Source of the DNA: Candidatus Azotimanducaceae bacterium
GTDB taxonomy: Bacteria > Pseudomonadota > Gammaproteobacteria > Pseudomonadales > Azotimanducaceae
Direction: 5' to 3'
NCBI GenBank assembly: GCA_965199945.1
Contig: OZ241354.1
Location: forward strand, 996,638 to 1,060,637
Length of the DNA stretch: 64,000 nucleotides
This document shows, in pieces, positions 36,401 through 51,400 of the stretch. The notes beneath the pieces are model-generated. The model worked only from the letters and a program-made list of their open reading frames with translations. It did no database searches and was not told where the DNA came from. Numbering within the stretch: position 1 is the stretch's first letter; each line of letters starts with the position of its first letter. The position numbers and the translations under genes are program-made.

Positions 36401-39400
36401 CGGACAGACGGACACGGCGCCGAGCTACGGCGGCATCTGGGTGGCCAACAAGACCTACGTGCTGGGCGCGGCGATCCAGCCGTTCCAGATCCCGCCGCCC
36501 ACCGGCGGCAACGGCACCTACGACTACACGGTGGCCGGCCTTCCGGCGGGCTTGTCCTTCGACGAAGACGGCACGGGCGACTGCATGGCCGCGCGCACGG
36601 TGTGCGGCACGCCCACCGCCACCGCGCCGACGACGGCGACCGTGACGGTGACGGTGGCGGATGCCGACGCCAACGTCATGACCAGCGATCGGGCCACCTT
36701 GACGTTCACGATTGCGCTGCGCCGGCCAAGGGTGCTGGCGACGCCGGCGCGGCTGGCAATCGCCGAAGGAGGCACCGGCGCCTATGCCGTGCGGCTGGAA
36801 CAGGCGCCCTCGGCGAACGTGACGGTGGCGGTGTCGAGCGACAACGCGACCGTGACGGCGGGCACGAGCTCGCTGACATTCACAACGCAGAACTGGAACA
36901 CGGCGCAGTCGGTGACCGTGACGGCGGCCGGCGACGCGGATGCCGTGGACGAGGCCGCGACGATCACGAACACGGCCAACGGCGGCCCTTACACCGGCGC
37001 CTCCGCGTCCGTCCAGGTCGGCGTGGACGACGACGAGGCGACTGGCACGGACCACGACGCCGACAACGACGGTCTGATCGACATCGATTCGCTGGCCAAG
37101 CTGAACGCGCTGCGCTGGGACCTCGACGGCGACGGCGCCGCCTCCTCCGGCAACGAGACGAGCTACGCCGCGGCCTTCTCCGGAGCAGTGGCGGTCGAGC
37201 ACATGGGCTGCCCGGACTCTGGCACGGACGGGGACACGGACGGCGACTGCGTCGGCTACGAGCTGACCGCGGACCTGGACTTCGACACCAACGAGGACGG
37301 CAAGGTGGACGCCGACGACGCCTTCGCCAACTGGACGCCGGTGGTCGGCTGGGCGACGATGTTCAACGGCCGAGGGCACACGATCTCCAACCTGACAGTG
37401 ACCGGCGCCGGCAACGACCGCGGCCTGTTCGGGACGACGACGACGGCGTCGACGATCCGCGCGCTGGGCCTGCTGGACGTCCGGGTGACGGGCCCCGGCG
37501 TCCGGCTGGCCGCACTGGCGGGCACGATGAACGGCAAGGTCCAAGCGGTGTACGCGTCTGGCCGGGTGTCGGGCGCCGGCGGGGTGGGCGGCCTGGTGGC
37601 CGAGATGCAGTCGGCGTCGGCGGCAATCGTGGCGTCGTACTCGACGGTGGCGGTGGAATGCACGGCCAGCGCGAACTGGGCGCGCGCCGGCGGGCTCGCG
37701 GCCCGCAACGACGGCACGATTACGACGAGCTACGCGGCGGGCGCGATCACCGGCGACTGCCCGACGGGCGTGAAGGGCGGCTTGGTGTCCACCAGCAGCG
37801 GCACGGTAACGGCGAGCTACTGGGACGCGGGCCTGACCGGCATCGCGGACGACAACGACATGGCCTCGCCGGAGGGCCTGTCGACGAGCGCCATGTGGAC
37901 GCCGACGGAGTACGGCGGGAGCGCCAGCGACGTCTACCGCCTCTGGAACGACCAGGACGTGGACGGCGACGGCGCCGTGGACGCGGACCCGTGGGACTTC
38001 GGCACCGCGCTGAACCACCCGGTGCTCAAATGGGGCGGACTGGACCCGGCCGACCAGCGCACCGACTACGACGCCGACGGCGACCGGCTGGTGGAGATTT
38101 CCACGTTGGCGCAGCTGAACGCCGTGCGCTGGGATCTGGACGGCGACGGGGCGCCGACTGCGGACAACGTGGCGGCGTACTTCGGCGCGTTCTTCAACCC
38201 CGTGTTCAACCCGAGCGGCGTGGGCTTCTGCGCGCCGACCGAGGACGACGCGGACGACAACGACTGCCTGGGCTACGAGCTGCTGAACGATCTGGACTTC
38301 GACACCGACGGCGACGACAGCACGCACGCGAACGGCGTCGGCGACTCCGACGACGCCTACTACAACGCGGACGACGGCTGGGTTCCCATCGGCCCGAACG
38401 AAACGCCGGGCGCCGCGACGCACTACCGCGCCCGCTTCGACGGCAACGGGCACGTCATCGACAACCTATTCGTGAAGCGCAGCCGCAACTACTCGGGGCT
38501 GTTCGCGGCGCTGTCGGACGCCGCGGTGGTGACGTCGCTGGGTCTGCCGGACGCCTACGTGGGCGACGGGCAGGGCACGGTGGGGATGCTGGCCGGGGCG
38601 AACCGCGGGCGCGTCGCGGCGGTGTGGTCGTCCGGTTCGGTGACGGCGAGAGGCAACGTCGGCGGCTTGGTGGGGGCGGCGCAGGCGACGTCGACGGTGG
38701 TGGCGAGCTACTCGACGGCGACCGTGGTCTGCACGCAGGCCGGCGCCTACCGCGCCGCCGGCGGGCTGGTCGGCGCCAACGGCGCGACCTCCACCATCGC
38801 GGCGAGCTACTCGACCGGGACGGTGACGGGCCCCTGCGGCCTCCGGCGCGCCTTCGCGTACAACGAGGGCACGGTGGCGGCGAGCTACTGGGACACGACC
38901 CAGACCGACATCGCGGACGACACGGAGAACCCGCCGCAGCCGCCTGAGGGCAGGACGACGGCGGTGCTGCAGGCGCCGACGGACTACGACACGGTCGTCG
39001 GCTCTCCTGGCGAGGCCATCTACGCGGCGTGGGACGACCAGGACGTGGACGGCGACGGCGCGACCGGCGACGGCGACGACGCCGACCCGTGGGACTTCGG
39101 GCTGTCGAACCAGCACCCGATCCTGAAGTACCGCGGCCTGGCGGCGGCGCCGCAGCTGGACGCGCAGCCGGACTCGGCGCCGGACTTCGGGACGGCGACG
39201 GTGTCGAACAAGACGTTCCAGAATGGCCAGGCCATCCAGGCGTTCCAGATTCCGGCGGCGGGCGCCGGCAACGGCGCGCTGGTCTACGCGGAGAGCGGGC
39301 TGCCGGCGGGCCTGTCTCTGGGAACGCCGATCTGCGCAACCGCCCGCACGGTGTGCGGCACGCCGACCGCCGACACCGCGGCGGTCACGGTGACGATCAC

Positions 39401-42400
39401 CGTCTCGGACTCCGACTCGACGATGGGTTCGGGCGACGAGGACGCGCTGACGTTCACGGTGGAGGTGGTCACGCCCTCGGCCGCGATCTCCTCGCCGGCG
39501 GCGCTGGCGGAGGCGACCTTGAGCAACGCCACGGTGACGGTGGAACTGACCAACGCCGCCTTCGAGGCCGGCGTGACGTCGAGCAGCTTCACGCTGGCGA
39601 CCAACCCTACGCTGCCTGGTCTGTCGGTCGCCTCGGTGGCGACGGTGAACGCCGGCGACACGTCGGCGACGCTCACGCTGGGCTACTCCGGCGGCAACTT
39701 CGACACGGTGCGCGCGCTGTCGGTCACGGTGGCCGATGCGGCGCACACGCTGGTCGGAGCGCTGACGACGGCGACGGTGAACATCGTGCCCACGCCGTCG
39801 GTGGCGGTGAACCCGACCAGCCTGTCGCTGACCGAGGGGAGCAGCAGCGGAACCTACACGGTGTCGCTCGGCGGCCAGCCGACCGGCAACGCCACCGTGA
39901 CGGCGACCAGCGGCGACGCCGCCGTGCATGTCGACACCGACGCCTCGCCGCTGGCGCGGACGCTCACGTTCACGCCCATGAACTGGGACACGGCGCAGAC
40001 GGTGACGGCGGCGCCGCAGGACGACGACGACGCCGCAGACGAATCCGTCACGATCGCCCACGCGGTGGCGAACTACGGCGGCGCGACGGCGGCGAGCGTG
40101 ACCGTGACGGTGGACGACGACGAGACGAACGGCATCGTGATCGACGCCGACCCGAGCACGGCGACCGTGGTGGACGCCGGCCCGGTGGCGCTGCGCGAGG
40201 ACGCGATGCACGCTGACAACTCGCGGACCTACTCGGTGAAGCTGGCGGCGGAGCCGACGGCGACGGTGACGGTGACGGTCACCAGCACCGACACGGCCGC
40301 CGTGACCGTGGACACGGACGCGGCGACCGGGCTGCAGAGCACGCTGTCGTTCACGACGACGAACTGGGACACGGCGCAGACGGTCACGCTGGCCGCGGTG
40401 GAGGACGCCGATCCGAACAACGAGGAGACGGCGATCGACCACGCCGCGGCGAACGGCGGCTACAACGGCGTCACGGGGCGGTTGACGGCGACGGTGGCGG
40501 ACGACGACGTGGGCGTGATCGTGGACACGGCCCCGGGCCGCGCCGGCGACCAGACGACGCCGATCGCGCTGCGCGAAGGGCAGACGGGGACGTACACGGT
40601 GCGCCTCTCGACGCAGCCGGCGGGCGGGAACGTGACGGTGGAGGCGACGAGCGGCAACGGCGCCATCGACGTGGCGGCGGGCGCGTCCGGGGGAACCTTC
40701 GGCAGCACGGCGAGCTTGACGTTCACGGCGACGGACTGGGCCACGGCGCAGACGGTGCGGGTGTTCGCCGAGCACGACGTGGACGCCGTGGGGGAATGGG
40801 AGGACATCTCGAACACGGCGACCGGCGGCCAGTACAGCGGCGAGACGACGGACGTCCGCGTCACGGCGCAGGACGACGAGATGGGCGGCACGGACTACGA
40901 CGCCGACGACGACTTCCGGATCGAGATCGACTCGCTCGCCAAGCTGAACGCGGTGCGCTGGGACCTCGACGGCGACGGCGACGTGGACGCGAGCGGCAAC
41001 GAGACGAGCTACCGCGCCGCCTTCGCCGGTTCGGTCATGGCGGAGGACATGGGCTGCCTGGACGGCCCGGACGCGGACCAGGAAGGCGACTGCGCCGGCT
41101 ACGAGCTGGCGGCGGCCCTGGACTTCGACACGGACGACGACGGCGACGTGGACGCGGACGACGACTACCCCAGCTGGGCGCCCATCGGCGGCACCTACTC
41201 GGCCACCTTCGACGGCAACAACCATGTGATCTCCAACCTGACCATCGTCGACGCGGCGGGCAGCGCGGGACTGTTCAACACCGTGAGCGGCGCCGTCCGC
41301 GGCCTGGGGCTGGCGGACGTCGACGTGAGCGGCGTCGGCGGCAGCAGCACCGATATCGCGCCGCTGGCGGTGGTGGTCAACGGGACGGTGATCGCGTCCT
41401 GGGCCTCGGGGCGCGTGCATGTCGGTTCGACCGGCCTCGCCCGCGCGGGCGGGCTGGTGGGCAGGGTGACCGGTTCCGGCTCCCGGCTGGCGGCCAGCTA
41501 CTCCACCGCGAGCGTCACCGGCGCGGGCAACTCCGCCTCCTACGCCGGCGGGCTGGCCGCATTGATCCACAACGGGGCGACGGTGGTGGCCTGCTACGCG
41601 ACGGGACTGGTCGACGAGGGCGGCAGCGGCAGCGTGCGCGCCGGCGGGTTGATCGGCGCCAACACTGGGCCCACCACGGTGAGGGCGTCGTACTTCGCCG
41701 GCACGGTTGCGGGCAGCGGCGTGAGCGGTGTGACCGCCGCGGACGACGGCAGCGGCGAGAACTACCACAACGTGTACTACGACTCCGGCACCACGGGGCT
41801 CACGGCGGGGTCGGCGGCCCAGACCACCAGCGCCCTGCAGGGGCCGACCTCGGCGACGGGCATGCTGTACGCGGCCTGGGACGATCTGGACGTGAACGGC
41901 AACGGCACGGCGGACGAGGATCCGTGGGATTTCGGCACGGCTTACAACCACCCGGCGCTGAAATACGGCGGCATGGACGTGGCGGCGCAGCGCAACGACT
42001 ACGACGCCGACGGCGACGGGCTGATCGACATTTCGACGCTGGGGCAGCTGCACGCGGTGCGCTGGGACCTCGACGGCGACGGCGCCCCGTCCACGGGCAA
42101 CGAGTCGAGCTACTACGGGTCGAGCGCGTTCTTCAACGGCATTTTCAGAGCGAGCGGCGTGGGCTTGTGCCCGACGACCGAGGACGACGCGGACGACAAC
42201 GACTGCGCGGGCTACGAACTGCTGAACGATCTCGACTTCGACACCGACGGCAGCGGCGCCACCTGGACGGAGAGCGGCGGCACGGTGACGGGCGATTCCA
42301 ACGACGCCTACGACAACGCCGGCGCCGGCTGGGAGCCCATCGGCGCGGCCACCGCGGTGGGCGTCTCGACGCACTTCAACGCGACGTTCGACGGCAACGG

Positions 42401-45400
42401 CAAGATCATCGACAACCTGTTCGTGAACCGCGCCCGCGACAACTCCGGGCTGTTCGCGGGCCTGTCGGCGAACGCGAAGGTCCGCGCGCTGGGGCTGCCG
42501 GACGCACTGGTGCGCGCCGGGCAGGACAACGTGGGCGTTCTGGCCGGCGAGTCGCGCGGGCGGATCGGCGCGGTGTGGTCGTCGGGCGCGGTGGTCGGCG
42601 ACGACGACGTCGGCGGCCTCGTCGGCGAAAACCGCAGCTTTATCGCGGCGAGCTACTCGACGGCGGCGGTGGAATGCGAGGACGCGACCGGCAGCGGCGC
42701 AGGCCTCGCCGGCGTCAATTCGCTGCTGATCGACACCAGCTACTCGACCGGGGAGGTGACGGGCGCCTGCGCGACGAAGGCCGGCCTCGCGACCGGCGCT
42801 GGCGCGGCGATCGGCAGCTACTGGGACGCCGATCTGAGCCGCATCGCCGACGACGTGGACGATCCGCCGGCGTCGCCGGAAGGCAAGTCGACGCTGGATC
42901 TGCAGACGCCGACCGCCTACGGCACGGGCGACGACGACCTCTACTCGACGTGGGACGAGCAGGACGTGGACGGCGACGGCGTGTACGGCGAGGAGGAGGA
43001 CGGCGACCCGTGGGAGTTCGGGCTGCCGAACCAACACCCGATACTCAAGTACCGCGGCCTGGCTGCGGCGCCGCAGCTGGCCGCGCAGCCGCCGGTGCCG
43101 GACTTCGGCGACCGGACGGTGTCGAACAAGACCTTCCAGAACGGGCGGGCGATCCAGTCGTTCCAGGTGCCGGCGGCGAGCGGCGGCAACGGCGCGCTGG
43201 TCTATGCGCAGAACGGGCTGCCGGCGGGCCTGTCGCTGGGCACGCCGACCTGCGCGACCGCCCGCACGGTGTGCGGCACGCCGACCGCGGACACCGCGGC
43301 GGTCACCGTGACCATCACCGTCTCGGACTCGGACATGACGACGGGCTCCACCGACGAGGACACGCTGACGTTCACGGTGGAGGTGGTCACGCCCTCGGCG
43401 GCGATCTCCTCGCCGGCGGCGCTGGCGGAGGCGACGCTGAACGGCGCGATGGTGACGGTGGCGCTGACCAACGCGGCGTTCGAGGTCGGCGCGGGCACGG
43501 GGAACTTCTCGCTGACGACGAACCCTGCCTTGCCGGGGCTGTCCGTGTCCGCGCTGGCGACGGTGAACGCCGGCGACACGTCGGCGACGCTGACGCTGGG
43601 CTACTCCGGCGGCAACTTCGACACGGTGCGCACCTTCGCCGTGACGGTGGCGGATTCGGCGCACACGCTGGCCGGCGCGCTGACCACCGGCACGGTGAAC
43701 ATCGTGCCCACGCCGTCGGTGGCGGTGAGCCCGACGAGCCTGACGGTGACGGAAGGCGGCAGCAGCGGAACCTACACGGTGCGCCTCGGCGGCCAGCCGA
43801 CCGGCAACGTCGTGGTGACGGCGACCAGCAACGACGCGGCGGCGACGATCGACACCGACGCCACGCCGCTGACCCGGGCGCTGACGTTCACGCCGATGAA
43901 CTGGAACACGGCGCAGACGGTGACCGTGGCGCCGGCGGACGACGACGACGCAGTGGACGAGTCCGTCACGATCTCCCACGCGGTGGCGAACTACGGCGGC
44001 GCGACGGCGGCGAGCGTGAGCGTGACGGTGGAAGACGACGAGACGGCGCGGATCGTCATCGACGCCGATCCGAGCACGGCGAACGTGGTGGACGCCGGCC
44101 CGGTGGCGCTGCAAGAGGACGCGATGCACGCCGACAACTCGCGGACCTACTCGGTGAAGCTCGCGGCGGAGCCGACCGGAACCGTGACGGTGACGGTCGC
44201 CAGCGCCGACACGGCCGCGGTGACGGTGGACACCGCCCCGGCGACCGGGCTGCAGAGCACGCTGACGTTCGCGACGACGAACTGGGACACGGCGCAGACG
44301 GTGACCCTGGCGGCCGTGCAGGACGACGACCCGACCAGCGAGGAGATCGCCATCGACCACGCCGCGCAGGGCGGCGGCTACAACGGCGTCGCGGCGCGGC
44401 TGACGGCGACGGTGGCGGACGACGACGTGGGCGTGCTCGTGGACACGGACCCGAACACCTCGGGCGACCAGACGACGCCGCTCGCGCTGCGCGAAGGGCA
44501 GACGCGGACGTACCGGGTGCGCCTGTCGACGCTGCCGGCGGCCGGCAACGTGACGGTGGCGGTGGCGAGCGGCAACGGCGCCATCGACGTCGCGGCGGGC
44601 GCGTCCGGGGGAACCTTCGGCAGCGCGGCGAACCTGACCTTCACGGCGACGGACTGGGCCACGGCGCAGACGGTGCGAGTGTTCGCCGAGCACGACGCGG
44701 ACGCGGTCGGCGAGTGGACGACGATCTCGAACGCGGCGACCGGCGCCCAGTATTCCGGCGAGACGACGACCGTCCGCGCCACGGCGCGCGACGACGAGAT
44801 GCGCGGCACGGACTACGACGCCGACGACGACTTCCTGATCGAGATCGATTCGCTCGCCAAGCTGAACGCGGTGCGCTGGGACCTCGACGGCGACGGCGAC
44901 GTCGATTCGAGCGCCAACGAGGCGAGCTACCGCGCCGCCTTCGCCGGTTCGATCATGGCTGAGGACATGGGCTGCCTGGACGGCCCGGACGTGGACCAGG
45001 AAGGCGACTGCGCCGGCTACGAGCTCATGGCGGCCCTCGACTTCGACACGGACAGCGACGGCGACGTGGACGCGGACGACCCGAACTCCCACGCCAACTG
45101 GGCGCCTATCGGCGGCAGCTACACGGCGGCCTTCCACGGCAACAACCGCGCGATTTCCAACCTGACCACGAGCGGCGCCGGCGACCGCGGGCTGTTCGCG
45201 GCGCTTGGAACGGGCAGCCGCGTGTCGAACCTGGGCCTGCTGGACGTCGCCGTGTCGTCCACCAGCGGCACGGCGGGCACGATCAACGCCGGCGGCCTGG
45301 CCGCGGTCAACCGGGGAGCCGTGGTCGCCGTCCACGTGCGCGGCGGCGCGGTCTCCGCCTCCGTCTCCACCGCGAACGTGCGCGCCGGGGGGCTCGTGGG

Positions 45401-48400
45401 CTTCCATGCAGGCGGCAGCGTCACGGCCAGCTACGCGACGGCCGCGGCGTCAGGCACCGGCCAGATCGCGTACGTCGGCGGCCTGGCGGGAGAGGCGCAG
45501 GCGGCCGTCGCGGCCAGCTACGCCGCCGGTGCGGCGTCCGGCCACCAAGGAATCGTGCGGGTGGGCGGTCTGATCGGAAGGACCAACGCCAGCGCGGCCG
45601 TCGTCACGAACTCCTACGCGACAGGCGCCGTCAGCCGCACCGGCACCGGCACGTCTCCGCTGCTCGGCGGCCTGGTGGGCCAGCAAACCAGCGGCAGCGC
45701 AGCGGCGTCCTACTGGGACAGCCAGACATCGGGCCAGAGTTCCAGCGCCGTGGGCACGACCCAGACCACCAGCGGCCTGCAGACGCCGACCGCCTACGGC
45801 ACGGGGGCGAGCATCTACGCCGCGTGGGACGACTACGACACCAACGGCGACGGCACGGTGGACGCCGCGGACGACGCCTGGGACTTCGGCAGCGCCTACA
45901 ACTATCCGGCGTTGAAGTACGGCGGGCTGGACCCGGCCTCCCAGCGCAACGACTACGACGCGGACGACGACGGGCTGATCGACATCGCGTCGCTGGGGCA
46001 GCTGAACGCGGTGCGCTGGGACCTCGACGGCGACGGGGCGCCCTCCACCGGGAACGAGGCGAGCTACCACGGCGCCGCCGCGTTCTTCAATCCGCGCTTC
46101 AACCCGGGCGGCGCCGGCCTCTGCCCGACGACCGCGGCCGACGCGGACGACGACGACTGCGCCGGCTACGAGCTGCTGAACGACCTGGACTTCGACGTCG
46201 ACGGCGACAACGACGTGGACGCCAACGACGCCGGCTCCTACCCCAACTGGACGCCCATCGGCGGCACCTTCGCTGCCGCCTTCGAGGGCAACGGCCGCAC
46301 GATTTCGCACCTGACGAGAACCGGCGGCGGCGGAGGCGGCGGGCTGTTCAACGACGCCAGCGGCGCCGTGCGCAATCTGGGCCTTCCCGACGTGAACATC
46401 ACCGACGCGGGCACGGACTCCGTGCAGACCGTCGCCGCGCTGGCGGACCGCTTGCTCGGCAGCGACGCGGAAGCGACCGCCGTGTGGGCCACGGGCACGG
46501 TGGCGTCGACGGGGAGCACCCGGGTCGGCGGCCTGGTGGGCCACGTCAGGGAAGGCGCGCGACTGGCGGCCGCCTTCTTCGGCGGCACGGTGACCGCCTC
46601 CGGCGCAAGCGAAACCGGCTACGCCGGGGGGCTGGTGTACGCGCTGTTCCAGAACGCCACGCTGACGGCAGGCTACTTCAGCGGCAGCGCGACGGCAACC
46701 AACGGCGTCGCCGGCCTTGTCCACGTGTGCGGCTACAACGCGACGATGAGCGCGTCCTACGCCGCTGCCAGCCTCTCCGCGCCAGCGCCGTCCCTGACGA
46801 CGACCGGAACCGGGGGGGTCGTCAACCAGTTGGAGATCGACGACGGCCCCTGCACGGCCAACGACGTCTACTTCGATTCGACCGCCGCCTCGGGAGTGAG
46901 CGCCGTACGCGGCTCGGGGCAGACCACGACGGCCTTGCAAAGCCCGACCTCCGCGGCCGGCATCTACGCCGACTGGGACGATCTGGACGTGGACGACGAC
47001 GGCAGCGCGACCGAAGACCCGTGGGATTTCGGGCTGCCGAACCAGTATCCGGTGCTCGGCTACCGCGGCATTCCGGAGACGCCGCAGCTGGACGCGCAGC
47101 CGGACACGGCGCCGGCCTTCTCGGGCACGGTGGACGACATGACGCTGCCGGGCAACGTGGCGGTGGAGTTCCAGGTTCCGGCCGCGACGGCCGGCAACGG
47201 CGCCTACCGCTACGCCGCGAGCGGGCTGCCGGCCGGGCTGTCCTTCGGCCTGCCGGACTGCGCGGACGAGCGCACGGTGTGCGGTGCGCCCACCGCGGCG
47301 TCCACGGGGACGGTGACGGTCACGGTGTCCGACAGCGACAGCAACATGGAGGCGACCGACCGCGACACGCTGACCTTCATGGCGACCGTGCCGGCGGCCT
47401 CTGCGAGCATCGCCAGCACGACGCCGCCGGCGCTGATGGAAACCAACCTGAACGGCGCGCGGGTAGTCGTCGAGCTGGCCGGCAGCGTGTTCCACGGCCT
47501 CTCGCCGGCGGGCTTCGCGCTGGCGACCACGCCGCCGATTGCCGGCCTCTCCATCGCCTCGGCGACGAGGACCAGCCCCACCCAGGCGACGCTGACGCTG
47601 CGCTTCGACGGCACGGACTTCAATACGCAGGCGACGCTGCTGGTGCGCGTGCTGGCGGCGGCGCACCGCTTCGGCGGCGACCAGGACACGGGCGCGGTGG
47701 CGGTGGCGCCGGCCGGCGGCGTGATGCTCTCGGCGACGACGCTGGCGCTGGAGGAGGATCCCGGAACCAGCAACGCCAACGTCGGCACCTACACCGCGGT
47801 GCTGACCGGCCAGCCGGCCGGCGCGGTGACCGTGACGCCGGCGAGCAGCAACCCGGACGTGACCCTGAGCGGGGCGCTGACGTTCAACGCGACGAACTGG
47901 AACACGGCGCAGACGGTGACCGCGACGGCCGGCGCGGACGACGACGCGGTGGACGACGTGGCGCACGTCACGCACGCGGTGCAGGGCGTGCCGGGCGTCA
48001 CGAGCGGCCCGCGGGTGCGGGTGACGGTGAACGACAAGGACGCCCAGGGCCTGACGCTGGACGCGGCGACGCTGGCCGGCAGCGGCGTGACGGAAGGCAT
48101 GACGGCGACGTACACGGCGGTGCTCGACAGCGAGCCGACGGGGCCGGTGACGGTAGCCGTTTCCAGCAGCGAGGACGCCGCGACGGTGGACGCGGACGCC
48201 GGCGCGGCCGGCGCCCAGAACACGCTGCTGTTCCACGCCATGAACTGGAACACGCCGCAGACGGTGACCGTCCGCGCCGCCGAGGACGACGACGGCGAGA
48301 GCGAGACCGCGACGCTTGCCCACGCCGTCTCCGGCGCGGACTACGGCGAGGTGGCCGACGTGGACGTGTCGTTCACGGTGTCCGACAACGACGCGAAGGG

Positions 48401-51400
48401 CGCGACGCTGTCCACGACGACGCTGAACGTGCAGGAGAACGGCACGGCGACCTACACGCTGGTTCTGGACACGCAGCCGGTCGACGGCGCCGTGAGCGTG
48501 GCGGTGGGGATCGGATCGCAGACCGCCGCCACGGCCAGCCCGGAGACGCTGGCGTTCACGGCCGGGAACTGGGACGCGCCGCAGACGGTGATCGTGGTGG
48601 GCGTGGACGACGCCAACACGGGCAACGAGATCGTCGCGTTCACCCACACGCCGACCGGAGGGGGCTACGACGGCGTGTCCATCGCCAACATCAACGTGAC
48701 GGCCGTGGACGACGACGTGGCCGGCCTGAAGGTGTCGCCGACCTCGCTGACGGTGGCGGAGGGCGCGACGGCGACGTACACGGTGCGCCTGAACGTCGCG
48801 CCGACGGGAACGACGACGGTGACGGTGGGCGGGGCGACGGCGAAGCTGGCGGCGGACACGGACACGGGCACGCCCGGCGACCAGACGACGCTCTCCTTCG
48901 ACGCGGCGAACTGGGACACGGCGCAGACGGTGACCGTGACCGGCGCCGAGGACGCCGACGGCGCCGACGAGACCGTCGGCCTCGCGCACGCCGTGGCCGG
49001 CACGGGCGACTACGCCGCGCTGGCGGCGATCCGGCGCCCGGGCGTGGACGTGCTGGTGCGCGACGACGAGACCGCCGGCGTCGTGCTGTCGCCTTCGTCG
49101 CTGGCGATCGACGAAGGCGGCACGGCGACCTACGACGTGGAGCTCTCGGCGCCGCCGGCGACCGGCGCCGTCACGGTGACCATCGCGGCGACGGGCATGG
49201 CCGGACTGACGACGGACGCCAGCGCGCTCTCCTTCACCACGACCACCTGGGACACGGCGCAGACGGTGACGGTCACGGCGGTGGCCGACCACGCCCGGCT
49301 GGAGAACGCCCGAGGGACGCTGACCCATGCCGTGGCCGGCTACGGCGCGGTGGAGTCCGGCCCGGATCTGCCGGTGCGGGTGGCGAACACGACGGTGGAC
49401 TACGACGTCGACGCCGACGGGCTGATCGAGGTCGGCAGCCTGGCGCAGCTGAACGCGATGCGCTGGGACCTCGACGGCGACGGCGCGGCGTCCTCCGGCA
49501 ACGCGGCGATGTACGCCACGGCGTTCCCGACCCCGCGCGGCGGCGGCGTCTGCCCGACGGCGACCTCGGGGACGGCCTGCGACGGCTTCGAGCTGACCGC
49601 GGACCTCGACTTCGACACCGACGGCGACGGCGCCACGCACGCGGACGGCGCGGGCGACGACGGCGACGACTACGACAACGGCGGCGCCGGCTGGACGCCG
49701 GTCGGCGCCGACGCGGCGACGCCGTTCGCGGGGCGGTTCGACGGCAACGGGCGCATCGTGCGCAACCTGTTCGTGAACCAGGCCGCGGCCAACTACCGGG
49801 GCCTGTTCGGGGTCGTGTCGGGGCGCATCGCGGCGGTGGGCCTGGCGAACGCCTGGGTGCGCGGTGCGCACGGCGCGGGGGCGCTGGCCGGCTTCGCCAG
49901 CGCCGCGGCGAGCGTGACGGGCGCCTGGAGCACGGGTGCCGTGTCGGGCGACGCGTCGGCCGGCGGCCTGGTGGGGCGGACGCAGACCGGCGCGCGCATC
50001 GCCGCGAGCTACTCGACGGCGGCGGTGGAGTGCCGCAACGCGGCGAGCGGCTACGCCGGCGGCCTGGCGGGCGGCGGCAGCAGCGGAACGACGGCGGTGT
50101 CGACGAGCTGGTCGGCGGGGGCGGTGACCGGCGCCTGCCCGGACAAGGCCGGCCTGATCGGCGAGCGCGCGGCGGCAACCGCCAGCTGGTGGGACGCGGC
50201 GGCATCCGGCATCCCCGACGACGCGGACCTAGACTCCCCGGAGGGACGCAGCACGTCGGACTTGCAGACGCCGACCAGCTACGCGGGCCTCTACGCGAAT
50301 TGGAACGTCGACCTCGACGGCGACTACGACGCGGACGATCCGTGGCACTTCGGCAGCCCGCGCCAGTACCCGTCGCTGAAGTGGCGCGGCTTCGATCCGT
50401 CGAAGCAGTTCGCCGTGGCCGAGGCGCCGGAACCGGAGCCGGCGGAGGCATCATCGAGCGTTCCGACGGAGGTGCGCGCGGAGACGACGTCCCAGGGCCT
50501 GCTGGTGACGTGGCGGGCGGCGGCCGGGGCGACGGCGTACCTGGTGCAGTGGCGGCAGTCTGGGCAGGCGTGGTCGTCGCAGCGGCAGGCGGAGACTTCA
50601 GAGACGCGCTACGAGATCGCCGGGCTGCCGGCCGGCGCCTACGAGGTGCGCGTGCTGGCGGTGGTCGACGGCGAGGCCGGCGAGCCGTCGGCGCCGGCGC
50701 GGGGCGAGTCGGGCGTACCGAACCGCCCGCCGCTGGCGCACGGCATCGCGGACGTGGACATGGACGTCGGGAAGACGGCGGAGGTGGATTTGGACGCCGC
50801 GTTCTCGGACCCGGACGGCGACGTCCTGCGCTACGCGGCGTCCGCGGATGGAGACGTGGTGCAGGCGTGGGCCTCGGGCGAGACGCTGCGGCTGCGCGGG
50901 ATGCGCCCTGGCGAGGCGACGGTGACGGCGACCGCGACCGACCCCGAGGGCCTGTCGGCGAGCGCGTCGTTCGCGGTTCGGGTGGGCGCGGTGCTGTCGC
51001 TGCGCGGGAATCCGGCGGCGCCGGAGGGCGGCGAGGCGGTGCTGACCGCGGAACTGAGCCGGCCGCTCGGCTCGGACGTGGAGGTCGGCTGGCGCCTGGC
51101 CGCGGACGGCGAACCCGGCACGGCTGACGCCGACGCGGCGGACTTCGCGGCGTGGGCCGGAACGGCGACGATCGCCGCCGGCCAGACGCGGGCGCGGATC
51201 GTGCTCGCGGTGCTGGACGACGACGAGATCGAACCGGCGCGGGAGCGCTTCGCGGTCGAGCTCGAAGAGCCGGCGGATCCGAACGTGGGCCTGTCGGCGC
51301 GCGCCTGGCGGGCGCTCGGCGCCGTGCAGGAGGGCGTGTGCGACCGGACGCCTGCCGTGCGCGCGGAACTGTCCCGCGGCTGGCGCGCCTGCCGTTGGCC

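Noticed and set aside
38466-45407. Very long antisense or alternative-frame ORFs across the giant gene (2,313 aa at 38466..45407 minus; also 45450..49871 minus, 45824..51127 plus, 40796..44962 plus, 35894..38947 plus)
   Set aside because: Their translations are Arg/Gly/Ala/Pro low-complexity strings, typical of non-coding frames in very GC-rich DNA. They are fully nested in a frame that encodes recognisable domains.
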